Assembly (NCBI GenBank): GCA_001784175.1
Contig: MFPR01000043.1
Coordinates: forward strand, 62,001-126,000
Direction: 5' to 3'
Source: Candidatus Lindowbacteria bacterium RIFCSPLOWO2_12_FULL_62_27
GTDB lineage: Bacteria > Lindowbacteria > 2-12-FULL-62-27
DNA: 64,000 nt
Shown: in pieces, positions 1 through 9,488 of the stretch
Layout: every line of letters starts with the position of its first letter
Position numbering within the stretch: position 1 is the first letter of the stretch
Program-made: the position numbers and the translations under genes
The notes under the pieces: model-generated
The model's database searches: none
Told to the model about the DNA's origin: nothing
The model's input: the letters and a program-made list of their open reading frames with translations, nothing else

Positions 1-2
1 AC

Positions 3-626
3 CCGAACGAATCTCTTTTCATTTCGACCTTACCGATGCCGGCCGTCCGTGAGTGGGCCGCCTACGGCTCCGTGGCCGCCGGGATTCTCTGCGCGGCCGC
101 CCTGATCCGCTGGATGCCGGTCGTGCCGGCCCACTCGGGTCTGAATATTCCGAAGATAGTCGTTCCCGCGCGTGCCCCGGTTACGCCGGAGGCGCTGGTT
201 GTCCGTCGTGATCTCCAGCCGCCGCCGTCACTGGAACGCCGGGTGACGCCGGCGCCGCGCGCTCCGCGCAAGGTCATTCCAGCGCGGGTGACGCCGGTGG
301 CGGAAACGCCGGCGTCTGCGCCTGCGCCCGTCGAGCGTCCCGCTGTCCCGGTGGCTGTGCCGGTCCCGGTGGTTCCGGTGGTCCAGCCGGCCGCGCCGCG
401 TCCGACGGGCATCCAGGTCAAAGTCGGGGACGCGGACAAATTCAGGGAGAGCGTCGGCGTCGTCGTCGCGCGCCATTCGGCCAAGGTCGAATTTTCCGGC
501 GCCGCCATTCGAATTCAGGTGCCGGCCGACCGCCGCGTTGCCTTGAAGGCGGACTTGGACCGCGCCATTTTTGAACACCTGTCGGACGACGGCGTTTCAT
601 TCCAGATCGATTTAACGTCTCCGTGA
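3..626 (+). CDS. Hypothetical membrane-anchored Pro/Val-rich protein (frame open to window edge, probably 5'-partial)
   Basis: One hydrophobic helix (AAYGSVAAGILCAAALI), Pro/Ala/Val-rich linker, small C-terminal domain; no stop upstream of ATG 36. Confidence 0.55.
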   Translation, partial: PNESLFISTLPMPAVREWAAYGSVAAGILCAAALIRWMPVVPAHSGLNIPKIVVPARAPVTPEALVVRRDLQPPPSLERRVTPAPRAPRKVIPARVTPVAETPASAPAPVERPAVPVAVPVPVVPVVQPAAPRPTGIQVKVGDADKFRESVGVVVARHSAKVEFSGAAIRIQVPADRRVALKADLDRAIFEHLSDDGVSFQIDLTSP

Positions 627-639
627 AGCGCCGCGCTTC

Positions 640-668
640 TTGACACTTTTTCCGGGACGACCTAGCAT
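640..668 (+). promoter_or_regulatory. Sigma70-type promoter of glmU operon
   Basis: TTGACA (640-645), 17-nt spacer, TAGCAT (663-668) upstream of ATG 685. Confidence 0.65.
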
Positions 669-684
669 CCCTCTTTTGGCAACC

Positions 685-2091
685 ATGTCGAAACGAACCG
701 GGGTCTTTTTGATTCTCGCTGCGGGCAAGGGTACCCGCATGAAGTCGCCGCTGGCGAAGGTCCTTCATCCGCTGTGCGGCCGGCCGATGTTGTGCCACCT
801 GCTGGACCAGACGATGTCCTTTCGGGACATGCGGACGGTCTGCGTGATCGGGCACGACGCGGAGGGGGTGCGCGCGGTGCTGCCGGCGGCCGTTGGGTCG
901 GTCATTCAATCCCCGCAGCGCGGGACGGGAGACGCCGTCCGCGTGGCCCGCCGGGCCTTTGCGGGCGCGCGGGTGCTGGTGGTGGCGCCGGGCGATGCCC
1001 CGATGGTGTCGGCGGGAACGTTTCGGCGGCTGCTCGAACACCACCGGCGCAAGAAGGCGCTGGCGACGGTGCTGACGGCGGAGCCGGAGGAACCGGCCGC
1101 GTATGGCCGGGTGATTTGCAATCCGGACGGCACGGTCCAGCGGATCGTTGAGGCGGTCGATGCCGATCCTGAGACGCTGAAGGTCCGGCGGATCAACACC
1201 GGCATCTACGCGTTCGACCCGCGGGCGCTTCTGGCCGTGATCGGCCGGATCGGCAAAGCGAACCGCAAAGGCGAGTTTTATCTGACGGATGCGATCGAGC
1301 TTTTGTCGGCCCGCGGCTGCGTCGCGTCGCTGAACACGGATGACCCGGACGAAGTCACCGGGATCAACAGTCTCGCCGAACTGGCCCGGCTGGAAGGCGC
1401 GATCCAGAAACATCTGCGCGGCCGGCTGATGGAAAACGGCGTGCAGATTCCGCATCCCCAGTCGGTTTACCTGGAGCCGTCGGTGCGGGTCGACGCCGGC
1501 GCGCGGCTTCTTCCCGGTTCGCATCTGGCGGGCCGGACGGTGGTGGAGGCCGGCGCGGTGATCGGGCCGGACGCGTTCGTGGTGGACAGCCGGATCGGCC
1601 CGCGGTCCCGGATCTGGTATTCGGTGGTTGAGGGATCGGTGCTCGGAGAAAATGTGGTGGTCGGCCCCTTCGCGCACCTTCGGCCAAAGACACGTCTGGC
1701 CCCGGGCGCCCGGGTGGGCAATTTTGTGGAAACGAAGGCCGCGCGAATCGAAAGCGGCGCGAAGGCGATGCACTTGTCGTATGTCGGAGACGTGACGATC
1801 GGCGCCGGGGCCAACATCGGCGCCGGGACGATCACGTGCAATTATGACGGATTTCATAAATATCCCACCCGGATCGGCCCCGGGGCCTTCATCGGCTCCA
1901 ATGCGTCGCTCGTGGCGCCGGTCACCGTGGGCGCCGGGGCCGTGGTGGGCGCCGGTTCGGTGATCACCAAAAATGTTCCGGCCGACAGTTTGGCGCTGAC
2001 CCGTGCGCCGCAGACGGTCAAACCGGGTTGGGCGAAACGCCGGCGGGAACGGATGTCCCAGGAATTGGGGCGTCGAAAAAAAGGAGGATAA
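685..2091 (+). CDS. glmU: Bifunctional UDP-N-acetylglucosamine pyrophosphorylase/glucosamine-1-phosphate acetyltransferase
   Basis: LAAGKGTRMKS, GEFYLTD, hexapeptide repeats, HLSYVGD, GAGTITCNYDG; synteny with prs. Confidence 0.97.
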   Translation: MSKRTGVFLILAAGKGTRMKSPLAKVLHPLCGRPMLCHLLDQTMSFRDMRTVCVIGHDAEGVRAVLPAAVGSVIQSPQRGTGDAVRVARRAFAGARVLVVAPGDAPMVSAGTFRRLLEHHRRKKALATVLTAEPEEPAAYGRVICNPDGTVQRIVEAVDADPETLKVRRINTGIYAFDPRALLAVIGRIGKANRKGEFYLTDAIELLSARGCVASLNTDDPDEVTGINSLAELARLEGAIQKHLRGRLMENGVQIPHPQSVYLEPSVRVDAGARLLPGSHLAGRTVVEAGAVIGPDAFVVDSRIGPRSRIWYSVVEGSVLGENVVVGPFAHLRPKTRLAPGARVGNFVETKAARIESGAKAMHLSYVGDVTIGAGANIGAGTITCNYDGFHKYPTRIGPGAFIGSNASLVAPVTVGAGAVVGAGSVITKNVPADSLALTRAPQTVKPGWAKRRRERMSQELGRRKKGG

Positions 2092-2101
2092 CGCGCGCGC
2101 C

Positions 2102-3040
2102 ATGGCGACGAACAACGAATTCAAAATTTTTACCTGTTCCTCCAACTCGGATCTGGCTCAAAAGATTGTCCGACTGCTCCGGCAGGATCTCGGAAAACTC
2201 ACGCTCGACCGGTTCCGGGACGGCGAGATCCGCGTGAAATTCGACGAGAGCGTCCGCGGCAAGGACGTATTTCTGATCCAGTCGACCTGCCCGCCGGTCA
2301 GCGAACATTTGATGGAAATCTTGCTCACCATCGACGCCGCCAAACGCGCCTCGGCCGGCCGCATCACCGCCGTCATGCCCTACTTCGGATATGCCCGGCA
2401 GGACCGCAAAGACGTGCCGCGGGTGCCGATCAGCGCGAAACTCGTGGCCGACCTGATCGCCACCGCCGGCGCCGACCGGGTTCTCGCGATGGACCTGCAC
2501 GTCGACCAGCTCCAGGGGTTCTTCGACATCCCGGTCGATCACATCTTCGCCCGGCCGGTCATGCACAAATATTTCCAAAAAAGCAAACTCAAGACGATGC
2601 TGGTTTCCCCCGACACCGGCGGCGTGGAGCGATCCCGCAACCTTGCCGAGCAACTGGGCGTGCCGCTGGCGATCATCGACAAGCGGCGGACCGGCCCCAA
2701 CCAGGCCGAGGTGATGAACATCGTGGGCGAGGTCAAGGGCTTTGATGCGATCCTGTTGGATGATATCATCGACACCGGAGGCACCGTGGTGAAAGCCGCC
2801 GAGGCTCTGATGCGGGCCGGCGCGAAGAGCGTGCGGGTGGCGTGCACGCATCCGGTCTTTTCGGGATCGGCGCCCGAGATTTTGCAGCAAAGCCCGCTGG
2901 CCGAAGTCGTGGTGACGGACACCATTCCCTTGCCGCGGTCGAAGCATTTCAAGAAGCTGACGGTGGTGAGCGTTTCCAAAATATTCGCCGACGCGATTTC
3001 GCGGATTCATCTGAATCGATCGTTTCAGGGATTGATTTGA
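2102..3040 (+). CDS. prs: Ribose-phosphate pyrophosphokinase
   Basis: PYFGYARQDRK, DLHVDQLQGFFD, DDIIDTGGT. Confidence 0.98.
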   Translation: MATNNEFKIFTCSSNSDLAQKIVRLLRQDLGKLTLDRFRDGEIRVKFDESVRGKDVFLIQSTCPPVSEHLMEILLTIDAAKRASAGRITAVMPYFGYARQDRKDVPRVPISAKLVADLIATAGADRVLAMDLHVDQLQGFFDIPVDHIFARPVMHKYFQKSKLKTMLVSPDTGGVERSRNLAEQLGVPLAIIDKRRTGPNQAEVMNIVGEVKGFDAILLDDIIDTGGTVVKAAEALMRAGAKSVRVACTHPVFSGSAPEILQQSPLAEVVVTDTIPLPRSKHFKKLTVVSVSKIFADAISRIHLNRSFQGLI

Positions 3041-3065
3041 CAGAACAACAGGAGGAGTTTCGATC

Positions 3066-3770
3066 ATGACATTGACGGTTCACATTCGGGATAAACAGGG
3101 GAAGGGGCCGTCCGGCCGGGCCCGTCGGGACAACCGCATTCCCGCCGTTCTCTACGGGCGCGGCTATGACACCCAGTCGGTCGAAATCGACGCCCGGGCG
3201 CTACAGAAGGCGCTCCTCACGGGCGCCGGGGATTCCCAGTTGATTGACCTCGTCATCGAGTCTCAGAGCGGGCAGACTGGCGAGAAGGCGCTGATCAAGG
3301 CGATCCAGCGCCATCCGGTGACCGAGCGGATCCAGCACGTGGATCTGTACCGCGTGGTGATGACGGAGAAGATCGAAGTGGAAGTCCCGCTCGCGCTGAC
3401 GGGAACGCCGGCCGGAATCAAGAAGGGCGGCGTCCTTGAGAAACGTCTGACCACCGTCCGCGTGCGGTGCCTGCCGGGCAGCATTCCGGAAAAATTTGTG
3501 GCGGACGTCGCGGCCTTGGACGTCGGACACAGCATGCACGTGTCCGACCTGAAAGCGCCGGAGGGCGTCGTGATTTTGAACGATCCGGGTCAGACCCTCG
3601 CGGTCGTCACCGAAGTGACGGTGGAGGAAGCGCCGGCGGCGGCCGCGGCAGCGGCGGCAGCGGCGGCGACGCCGGAAGCGGGAGCGGCGGGAGCAGCGGC
3701 GGCGCCGGCGGCCGAGCCGGAGAAGAAAGAGGCGGGCAAGGAGAAGGAAAAGCCCAAAGGTAAGGGCTGA
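3066..3770 (+). CDS. rplY: 50S ribosomal protein L25 (long Ctc form)
   Basis: IPAVLYG, IQRHPV, HVDLYRV, GIKKGG; Ala/Glu/Lys-rich tail; prs-rplY-pth synteny. Confidence 0.95.
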   Translation: MTLTVHIRDKQGKGPSGRARRDNRIPAVLYGRGYDTQSVEIDARALQKALLTGAGDSQLIDLVIESQSGQTGEKALIKAIQRHPVTERIQHVDLYRVVMTEKIEVEVPLALTGTPAGIKKGGVLEKRLTTVRVRCLPGSIPEKFVADVAALDVGHSMHVSDLKAPEGVVILNDPGQTLAVVTEVTVEEAPAAAAAAAAAAATPEAGAAGAAAAPAAEPEKKEAGKEKEKPKGKG

Positions 3771-3775
3771 CGCGG

Positions 3776-4351
3776 GTGTTCTGCCTGGCCGGTCTGGGGA
3801 ATCCCGGCCGGGAATACGCCGGGAACCGCCACAATGCCGGCCGGCTCCTCGTTGAATTCCTTGCCGGCGCGTGGAATGCAGTCGGCGCGGGAAAAAAATC
3901 CGACTGCGATCTTCACAGGGCCGTCCGCAAGGACCGGGAAATTCTTCTTGCGCGTCCCCGCGCCTACATGAACGTGAGCGGCCCACCGCTCGTGGGCCTT
4001 CTCAAATCCTGCAACATTCCGTTGGAGCGGTTCCTGCTCATCCACGACGACATCGATTTTCCAGTGGGCCGGCTGCAGTTAAAACGCGGCGGCTCGGCGG
4101 CTGGCCACCACGGCGTCGAGAGCGTTTACGAAACGCTTGGGTCGTCGGATTTCCACCGCCTCCGCATCGGCGTCGGCCGGCCGAACCGGTCGACAAAGGA
4201 TTATGTGCTGTCGGATTTCACGGCGGGTGAGATGGGGGACCTGGAGCGCGTTTTTGAAAAATCGGTTGAGGGCCTGGATTTCTGGATCGACGGACATCCC
4301 AGCCGGGCCGCGCAGATTCTGAACACAGTCTCCGCCAACCCGCTGGCGTAG
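3776..4351 (+). CDS. pth: Peptidyl-tRNA hydrolase
   Basis: GLGNPGREYAGNRHNAG, YMNVSG, HDDID, GHHG, RLRIGVGRP. Confidence 0.96.
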   Translation: MFCLAGLGNPGREYAGNRHNAGRLLVEFLAGAWNAVGAGKKSDCDLHRAVRKDREILLARPRAYMNVSGPPLVGLLKSCNIPLERFLLIHDDIDFPVGRLQLKRGGSAAGHHGVESVYETLGSSDFHRLRIGVGRPNRSTKDYVLSDFTAGEMGDLERVFEKSVEGLDFWIDGHPSRAAQILNTVSANPLA

Positions 4352-4400
4352 GGCATAAGACATAAGTGCCGCTCTTGACTTTTTGACTTTCAAGTTCCAA

Positions 4401-6239
4401 TTACTTCTTCAGCAACTTCCGCGCCTCGTCCAGATTTGTTTGCGCTTGCGCCAAGCCGGGGTTCAGCCGCAGAGCTTCGGTGAAATGCAGGATCGCCTGG
4501 TCGAGATTTCCCCGCATGGCCCATGCGTTGCCCAGGTTGAGATGGGCGAGGGCCTTTCCCGGGTCCGATCGGATGGACTCCTGGTAATGCCGGATGGCGT
4601 CGGCATATTTTTTTTGCTGGAAGAGGACATTGCCGAGGTTATTGTGCGCGTCTGAGTAGTCGGGATGGGTTTGGGTTGCCCGGCCAAAATGCACGACAGC
4701 TTCGTCGAGTTTCCCTTTTTTAAACAGGATTGTCCCCATCGTGTTGTTCGCCTTGGCGTGGCCGGGCTGGACGGTCAGCACGTACTCGAGCTGCCGGATC
4801 GCATCGTCCAGACTGCCTTTTTGCGCGTACGCATAACCGAGGTTGAAATGCGCGGATGGATAGTAGTAGGGCTTGATCCGCACGGCTTCGAGATAATGCG
4901 GCAGCGATTCGTCCATCCTGCCTTGACTGAACAGCCGGTTCGCCAGATTGTAATGGGCCAGATAATTGTCGTTCGTGTGGCGGATCGCCTGCTCGTACAG
5001 CGCGCCGCTGTTTTGCCAGTGCGCGACGGCCTGGTGGCCGGCGGCCGACAGCGCGAGGATGACGCCGATGGTGACGGCCGCAACGGCGGCGCGCGGAACG
5101 CGCCACTTCGAGATCGCCGCAGCGCCGCTCCATGCGAGGATCATGTAAATGCCGATCAGGGGCACGTACGTGTAGCGGTCGGCCATCGCCTGCCGGCCGA
5201 CTTGAACGAGGCCGAGAACCGGGACGAGCGTGACGAGATACCACAACCATCCGACGGCCAGATAGGGCGCGCGCCGCATGGCCAGCACGGCCAGCACGGT
5301 GACTGTGAGGATCGCGAGGCCCGCCCCGATGACGGTTGCGTACGGAAGGTCGTGAGACAGCGGATAGAAAAACGCCAGGCCCGAAGGCCAGACCATCTGC
5401 TCGAGGTAACGGACGCAGCTCAGGAGCGCGTTGGCGACCCGGTGAGACACGGGCACCATATCGAGCGGCGCCATCGCGCCGCCGGTGCGTTGCGCGAGGA
5501 CGGTCATGTAGGATGAGAAGGCCGACAGCGCGAAAAACGGGATCTTTTCGATCAGCAATTTCCAAAACGGAACCGGCCGGCGGAGCGGCCAGTAATCGAG
5601 AAGCAGGAGCGTGACCGGCGCCATCACCAGCATTGGTTTGGCCATGAGTCCCACCGCAAGGGCGACCCACACGGCCGCGTAGCGGACGGCGTTCGGCCGC
5701 GCGGCATAGACGGCGTGAAGCCACAGCGCGCACAGCCAGAAAAATGTGCTCAGGACGTTCTTCCGCTCCGCGACCCACGCCACCGACTCCGCGTCCAACG
5801 GGTGGACGGCAAACAACGCCGCGACGAATGCGCCGGGCCACAGATCGCCGGTGAGCCGGCGCAACAGCAGAAACAGGAGGATCGCGTTGGCCAGATGGAT
5901 CGCCACGCTGACCAGGTGGTGCCCGCCGGGCCGGAGGCCGAAGAGCCGCACGTCGAGCATGTGGGACAGCCACGTCACGGGATGCCAGTTGGTGGCGTAA
6001 AACGACGTGACCGCCCAGCGGACGCTTTCGGCCGTGAATCCTTGCTGCACGTGCGGATTGCGGGTGATGTAGAGTTCGTCGTCGATTTCGACAAACTCAT
6101 GATGCCGCACCTGCCAGAACACGGCCATCGTCAGCGCCGCCAGCACGGCGATCACGGCGAAGGTCCATTTCCGATTATTCTGCGGGGGCTCCGCCGAAAC
6201 ATTGCGATCTCTGCGCCCAGACTTTCGATTCGGGTTCAT
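4401..6239 (-). CDS. Polytopic membrane protein with C-terminal TPRs (TMTC-like GT-C glycosyltransferase family)
   Basis: DD motif (EIDDELYI), NWHPVTW, HPLDAESVAWVAERK, ADRYTY, then several TPR repeats. Confidence 0.85.
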   Translation of the reverse strand: MNPNRKSGRRDRNVSAEPPQNNRKWTFAVIAVLAALTMAVFWQVRHHEFVEIDDELYITRNPHVQQGFTAESVRWAVTSFYATNWHPVTWLSHMLDVRLFGLRPGGHHLVSVAIHLANAILLFLLLRRLTGDLWPGAFVAALFAVHPLDAESVAWVAERKNVLSTFFWLCALWLHAVYAARPNAVRYAAVWVALAVGLMAKPMLVMAPVTLLLLDYWPLRRPVPFWKLLIEKIPFFALSAFSSYMTVLAQRTGGAMAPLDMVPVSHRVANALLSCVRYLEQMVWPSGLAFFYPLSHDLPYATVIGAGLAILTVTVLAVLAMRRAPYLAVGWLWYLVTLVPVLGLVQVGRQAMADRYTYVPLIGIYMILAWSGAAAISKWRVPRAAVAAVTIGVILALSAAGHQAVAHWQNSGALYEQAIRHTNDNYLAHYNLANRLFSQGRMDESLPHYLEAVRIKPYYYPSAHFNLGYAYAQKGSLDDAIRQLEYVLTVQPGHAKANNTMGTILFKKGKLDEAVVHFGRATQTHPDYSDAHNNLGNVLFQQKKYADAIRHYQESIRSDPGKALAHLNLGNAWAMRGNLDQAILHFTEALRLNPGLAQAQTNLDEARKLLKK

Positions 6240-6307
6240 GGTCCAGTGCCACGAGAATCCAATTCCGCGCCCAATCTGTCAAGAACCAGGCTTTATCCGT
6301 GCGCGTA

Positions 6308-6342
6308 TTGACAGGCGGGAGAGAATACGTATACTTATACGT
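6308..6342 (+). promoter_or_regulatory. TA operon promoter with palindromic operator
   Basis: TTGACA (6308-6313), 16 nt, TATACT (6330-6335); inverted repeat ACGTATA-CT-TATACGT (6327-6342) overlaps the -10. Confidence 0.7.
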
Positions 6343-6372
6343 GTAAAACCGAACTGGCCAAGGGAGAGATCC

Positions 6373-6603
6373 ATGAAAAAGAAATTGACGCTTTCCGTAG
6401 ACAGGGAAATCTACGACGGACTCCGGTCTCAAATCGGCGCGAGAAGGATCAGCGGATTCATTGAGAGCCTTCTGCGGCCGCATGTGGTCAAGTCCAGCCT
6501 GGAGGAGGGGTATGCCCGCATGTCAAGGGACAAGGACAGGGAAAAGGAGGCCCGCCGATGGGCCGAACAGACGGTCAGAGACATTGCCCGTGAAAAGAGG
6601 TGA
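6373..6603 (+). CDS. Putative ribbon-helix-helix antitoxin
   Basis: MKKKLTLSVDREIYDGL...ISGFIESLLRP; overlaps the downstream toxin gene. Confidence 0.8.
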   Translation: MKKKLTLSVDREIYDGLRSQIGARRISGFIESLLRPHVVKSSLEEGYARMSRDKDREKEARRWAEQTVRDIAREKR

Positions 6604-6913
6604 TGTCTGGTGGGTCAAGTTCGATCCGTCCGTCGGCGGAGAAATTAAAAAACGGCGCACCGCCGTTGTGATGAGCAATGATGTCTCAAATAAATGGCTG
6701 AACCGCGTCCAGGTCGTTCCTCTCACGACAAATGTCAAGAATGTCTATCCGTCGGAAGCCTTGATTTCGCTCAAAGGTAAACCGTTCAAAGCCATGGCCG
6801 ACCAGATTGCCACCGTAAGCAAGGTTCGACTCTCAAGCCGCGTTGGCGCCATTTCCAGGGAGGACATTGAGAAAATCGAAGAGGTCGTAAAAATCCAGCT
6901 CGATCTCAGATAG
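6590..6913 (+). CDS. PemK/MazF-family toxin
   Basis: KRGDVWWVKFDPSVGGEIKKRRTAVVMSND, VVPLTT, DQIATVSK. Confidence 0.92.
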   Translation: MKRGDVWWVKFDPSVGGEIKKRRTAVVMSNDVSNKWLNRVQVVPLTTNVKNVYPSEALISLKGKPFKAMADQIATVSKVRLSSRVGAISREDIEKIEEVVKIQLDLR

Positions 6914-6992
6914 AATTGCATCGTCTCCGATCCTGATTGGCAAGAGGGAGGTTGAAATTATCGCATTGTAACGGTATGATCTCCCAAATCTC

Positions 6993-7065
6993 GGGGGGTT
7001 AGCTCAGCTGGGAGAGCGCTACGTTCGCAACGTAGAGGTCGTGGGTTCGACTCCCATACCCTCCA
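6993..7065 (+). tRNA. tRNA-Ala (anticodon CGC), CCA not encoded
   Basis: Cloverleaf: acceptor GGGGGGT/ACCCTCC with G3:U70, anticodon arm CTACG-TTCGCAA-CGTAG, T-loop GGTTCGACTCC. Confidence 0.96.
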
Positions 7066-7099
7066 AGTATTCCTCTCGTAACAGGGGTGGCGACAATCT

Positions 7100-7339
7100 T
7101 CACTTACGCCGGCGCTTCCGATCTTCGTCAATGATTTCCTGAATCTCGTCCTCCGTTGGCGCCGGAGTGCCGTCATTGGTTCTAGCAAAAATTTCTTTAA
7201 GCCTCACATCCGCTGCCGGTGCAATCATCACCCGGTCGCCCATCGAGATCGCCTCGTAACGCTTTTTCGGATCGAGCGTCCGTTGGGCTTCCTTGGGCAG
7301 GACGATCGAGCCGTCAGCCTTGATTTTCACCGCCGCCAT
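7100..7339 (-). CDS. AbrB/MazE-like small DNA-binding protein (orphan antitoxin-like)
   Basis: VKIKADGSIVLPKEAQRTL N-terminus; C-terminal TEDEIQEII...RKRR. Confidence 0.65.
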   Translation of the reverse strand: MAAVKIKADGSIVLPKEAQRTLDPKKRYEAISMGDRVMIAPAADVRLKEIFARTNDGTPAPTEDEIQEIIDEDRKRRRK

Positions 7340-7359
7340 TTTCGACAACCTCCTTCATT

Positions 7360-7557
7360 TTATCCCTCAATCTGTTGATAGGCCAGATCCGGCAGTTGTG
7401 TTGTCGTCCTTGCATGTTCAATGGTCATGGACACGGGATTCCCTTTTGCATCAAGATCAATGTAGATATTTTCCGAGATCTCTCTTGTTTCTTTAACCTG
7501 TTGATCGCTGAATTCCACAAGCGCCGTGTCTGTGTCATTAAAATATTTTATTTTCAT
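7360..7557 (-). CDS. DUF2283-family protein (putative antitoxin)
   Basis: MKIKYFNDTDTALVEFS...IDLDAKGNPVSMTIEHA; AGGAGG RBS. Confidence 0.85.
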   Translation of the reverse strand: MKIKYFNDTDTALVEFSDQQVKETREISENIYIDLDAKGNPVSMTIEHARTTTQLPDLAYQQIEG

Positions 7558-7558
7558 C

Positions 7559-7745
7559 TTAAACCTCCTTTTTAAAATCCCGGTCAAAGAAAGCGTTGTG
7601 AACGGTCTCCCCATCGGAAAGCAAAATAACGCGCAAATATTTTCCTTCTTCCCGAATTTCGGCCCATTTGCGCACTCTGCCATCCGACTGCATTTCAGTA
7701 TGTGCCGGCTTGCTGATCACCATTTCTATGACTTCCGGTTTATTG
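7559..7745 (-). pseudogene. 5'-truncated DUF4258-like toxin gene
   Basis: QSDGRVRKWAEI...KYLRVILLSDGETVHNAFFDR upstream of DUF2283; the 5' end runs into the stop of the upstream gene with no convincing start. Confidence 0.6.
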
Positions 7746-9488
7746 TCCCCCCTTGATCCCAACACCCTGTTTGAGCCGCGCGCTGGTGGATCGATACAGA
7801 TCGGCGAGGCGGTGGAAGGTTGCGGCGTCGCGCGTTTCCTGGAGGCGGCGGAGCCGGTGATTGACGCTGAAGGCGGCCGATTCGAGGAGCGTGACGCCCT
7901 GCGGGACCGAATCGGGCAGGCGGCGGGCGCGGCCCAGGAAGACGTCGACTTCCCGCGGGAAGAGGTCCAGGGCGCGTTGAAAAACGGCCTGCGCTTTTTC
8001 GGTGTCGCCCGTTGCCGCGTAGAGGTGGCCGAGCCGCGTGAAGTTTTCTGTGGTGGGTTGTTTTTCTACGATGTCGGTCATGTAGGGAATGGCGTCCGCG
8101 AACCTGCGGAGCATGAAATTGAAAACGACAATGTTGTTTTTGACGGCCGGATAATCGGGATCCCGCTGCGACAGAAGCACGCTGTTTTTCAGCGCAAGCT
8201 CCACCATGCCCTTCGAGCTCAGCCCGCCGATCAGCTTGGACAACAGGTCATTGCGGCGGTAGTCGACCCAAACGAGGCCGTAATCGACTTCGTCCGCCGC
8301 CTCGTTGAGCCGGCCGTTTCGGAGATGATCCTGAACGCGCGCCAGGATCCGCTCGTACTCGTACGTTTTCTGCCAGAATATCTGCTGGAGAATGACGAAT
8401 CCTCCAAGGAGAGTGAGTCCCGTCCAGAAGACGCTGGCCGGAAATTCCCTGCCGGGACGCGGCGCCGCCGGCGCGGTCAGAAGGCCCATCACGCCGAAAA
8501 ATCCCATGGCGGCCCCGTGCGTCAACAGCCACGCGCCCCCGGCCGCCTCATGGGCGGCGAACAGGCCGTACAGTCCCAAAAGGAGCGCGCCGTCCCACGA
8601 GACGGGGGTTCTTACCCATGCGATCACGCAGGCGGCGGACACGAGCCACATCAGAAACAGCAATCCCATCGCTCCGATTTCTCCCGCAAGGACCACCATC
8701 GTCTGGCTCGGATACGGCACGCGGTCCGGCACGCCCCGGAGCGTGGCGTGAACCGGCCGGTACTGGAGGAATTTTCGATCGATGGATCCCGGCCCGGCGC
8801 CGGTCACCGGATGCTCCTTCAGACACCGTCGTGCCACCGACGCGAGCGCGTGGTCGGCTTGCAGGTTCCTTTCGACCAGCGTGACTTCATCCGTCCGCAG
8901 GCGATTCATTGTCCAGCCGGCCCAGCCGGCCGTGAGGATTGCGGACGCGATCGATGATGCGACGGCGAGGGACACCGCCGACGGCGGCGGCGCGCCGGCC
9001 TTTCGAAGTTTGAGAGACGCTGCCAGCGCCAGGCCGACGACGGCACCGAACCCGATCCGCCATGCCTCGGTCGGTGACAGCGGCGGATTCGATCGCACCG
9101 CCCAAAGAATCACCGCAACGGACGCAACCCCAGCCAATACCCGGCGCGCCGGCGGGTCGTGCATGGCGATCAACCAGGCGGCCGCGAGCGAGACGAACCA
9201 CAGGAGGCGTGTCAGGCTTTCGGCCGAGACATCGCGCTTGTCCAGGTCCGACCCAAAAAAAGAACAGGCAATCGCAAAAACAAAGCCGATCGCTCCGATC
9301 ACGATCGGCGGATCGCAGAGGATCAGCCGCCGCCGCCAGGCGCCTTCGGCCAGGAGCAGGATCGCCGTCGCCAGAAGGACCGTGTGATACAAGTATTGCT
9401 CCCAATAGAGGGGGAGGATCCGCGCGGAAAGGATCAAAAGCAGGGTGGCCCAGATGGCCGCGAGAATCCGATTAAAGACGATCGACAT
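7740..9488 (-). CDS. Membrane protein, O-antigen ligase-like with C-terminal TPRs
   Basis: Many TM helices, EHPVTGAGPG loop, LAGEIGAMG; TGATG coupling to hemW. Confidence 0.65.
   Translation of the reverse strand: MSIVFNRILAAIWATLLLILSARILPLYWEQYLYHTVLLATAILLLAEGAWRRRLILCDPPIVIGAIGFVFAIACSFFGSDLDKRDVSAESLTRLLWFVSLAAAWLIAMHDPPARRVLAGVASVAVILWAVRSNPPLSPTEAWRIGFGAVVGLALAASLKLRKAGAPPPSAVSLAVASSIASAILTAGWAGWTMNRLRTDEVTLVERNLQADHALASVARRCLKEHPVTGAGPGSIDRKFLQYRPVHATLRGVPDRVPYPSQTMVVLAGEIGAMGLLFLMWLVSAACVIAWVRTPVSWDGALLLGLYGLFAAHEAAGGAWLLTHGAAMGFFGVMGLLTAPAAPRPGREFPASVFWTGLTLLGGFVILQQIFWQKTYEYERILARVQDHLRNGRLNEAADEVDYGLVWVDYRRNDLLSKLIGGLSSKGMVELALKNSVLLSQRDPDYPAVKNNIVVFNFMLRRFADAIPYMTDIVEKQPTTENFTRLGHLYAATGDTEKAQAVFQRALDLFPREVDVFLGRARRLPDSVPQGVTLLESAAFSVNHRLRRLQETRDAATFHRLADLYRSTSARLKQGVGIKGGQ

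Noticed and set aside
3625-3715. GCG-rich low-complexity repeat
   Set aside because: It encodes the ordinary Ala-rich tail of long-form L25
6993-7065. Prophage or island att site at tRNA-Ala
   Set aside because: No duplicated tRNA 3' end or integrase seen in the window
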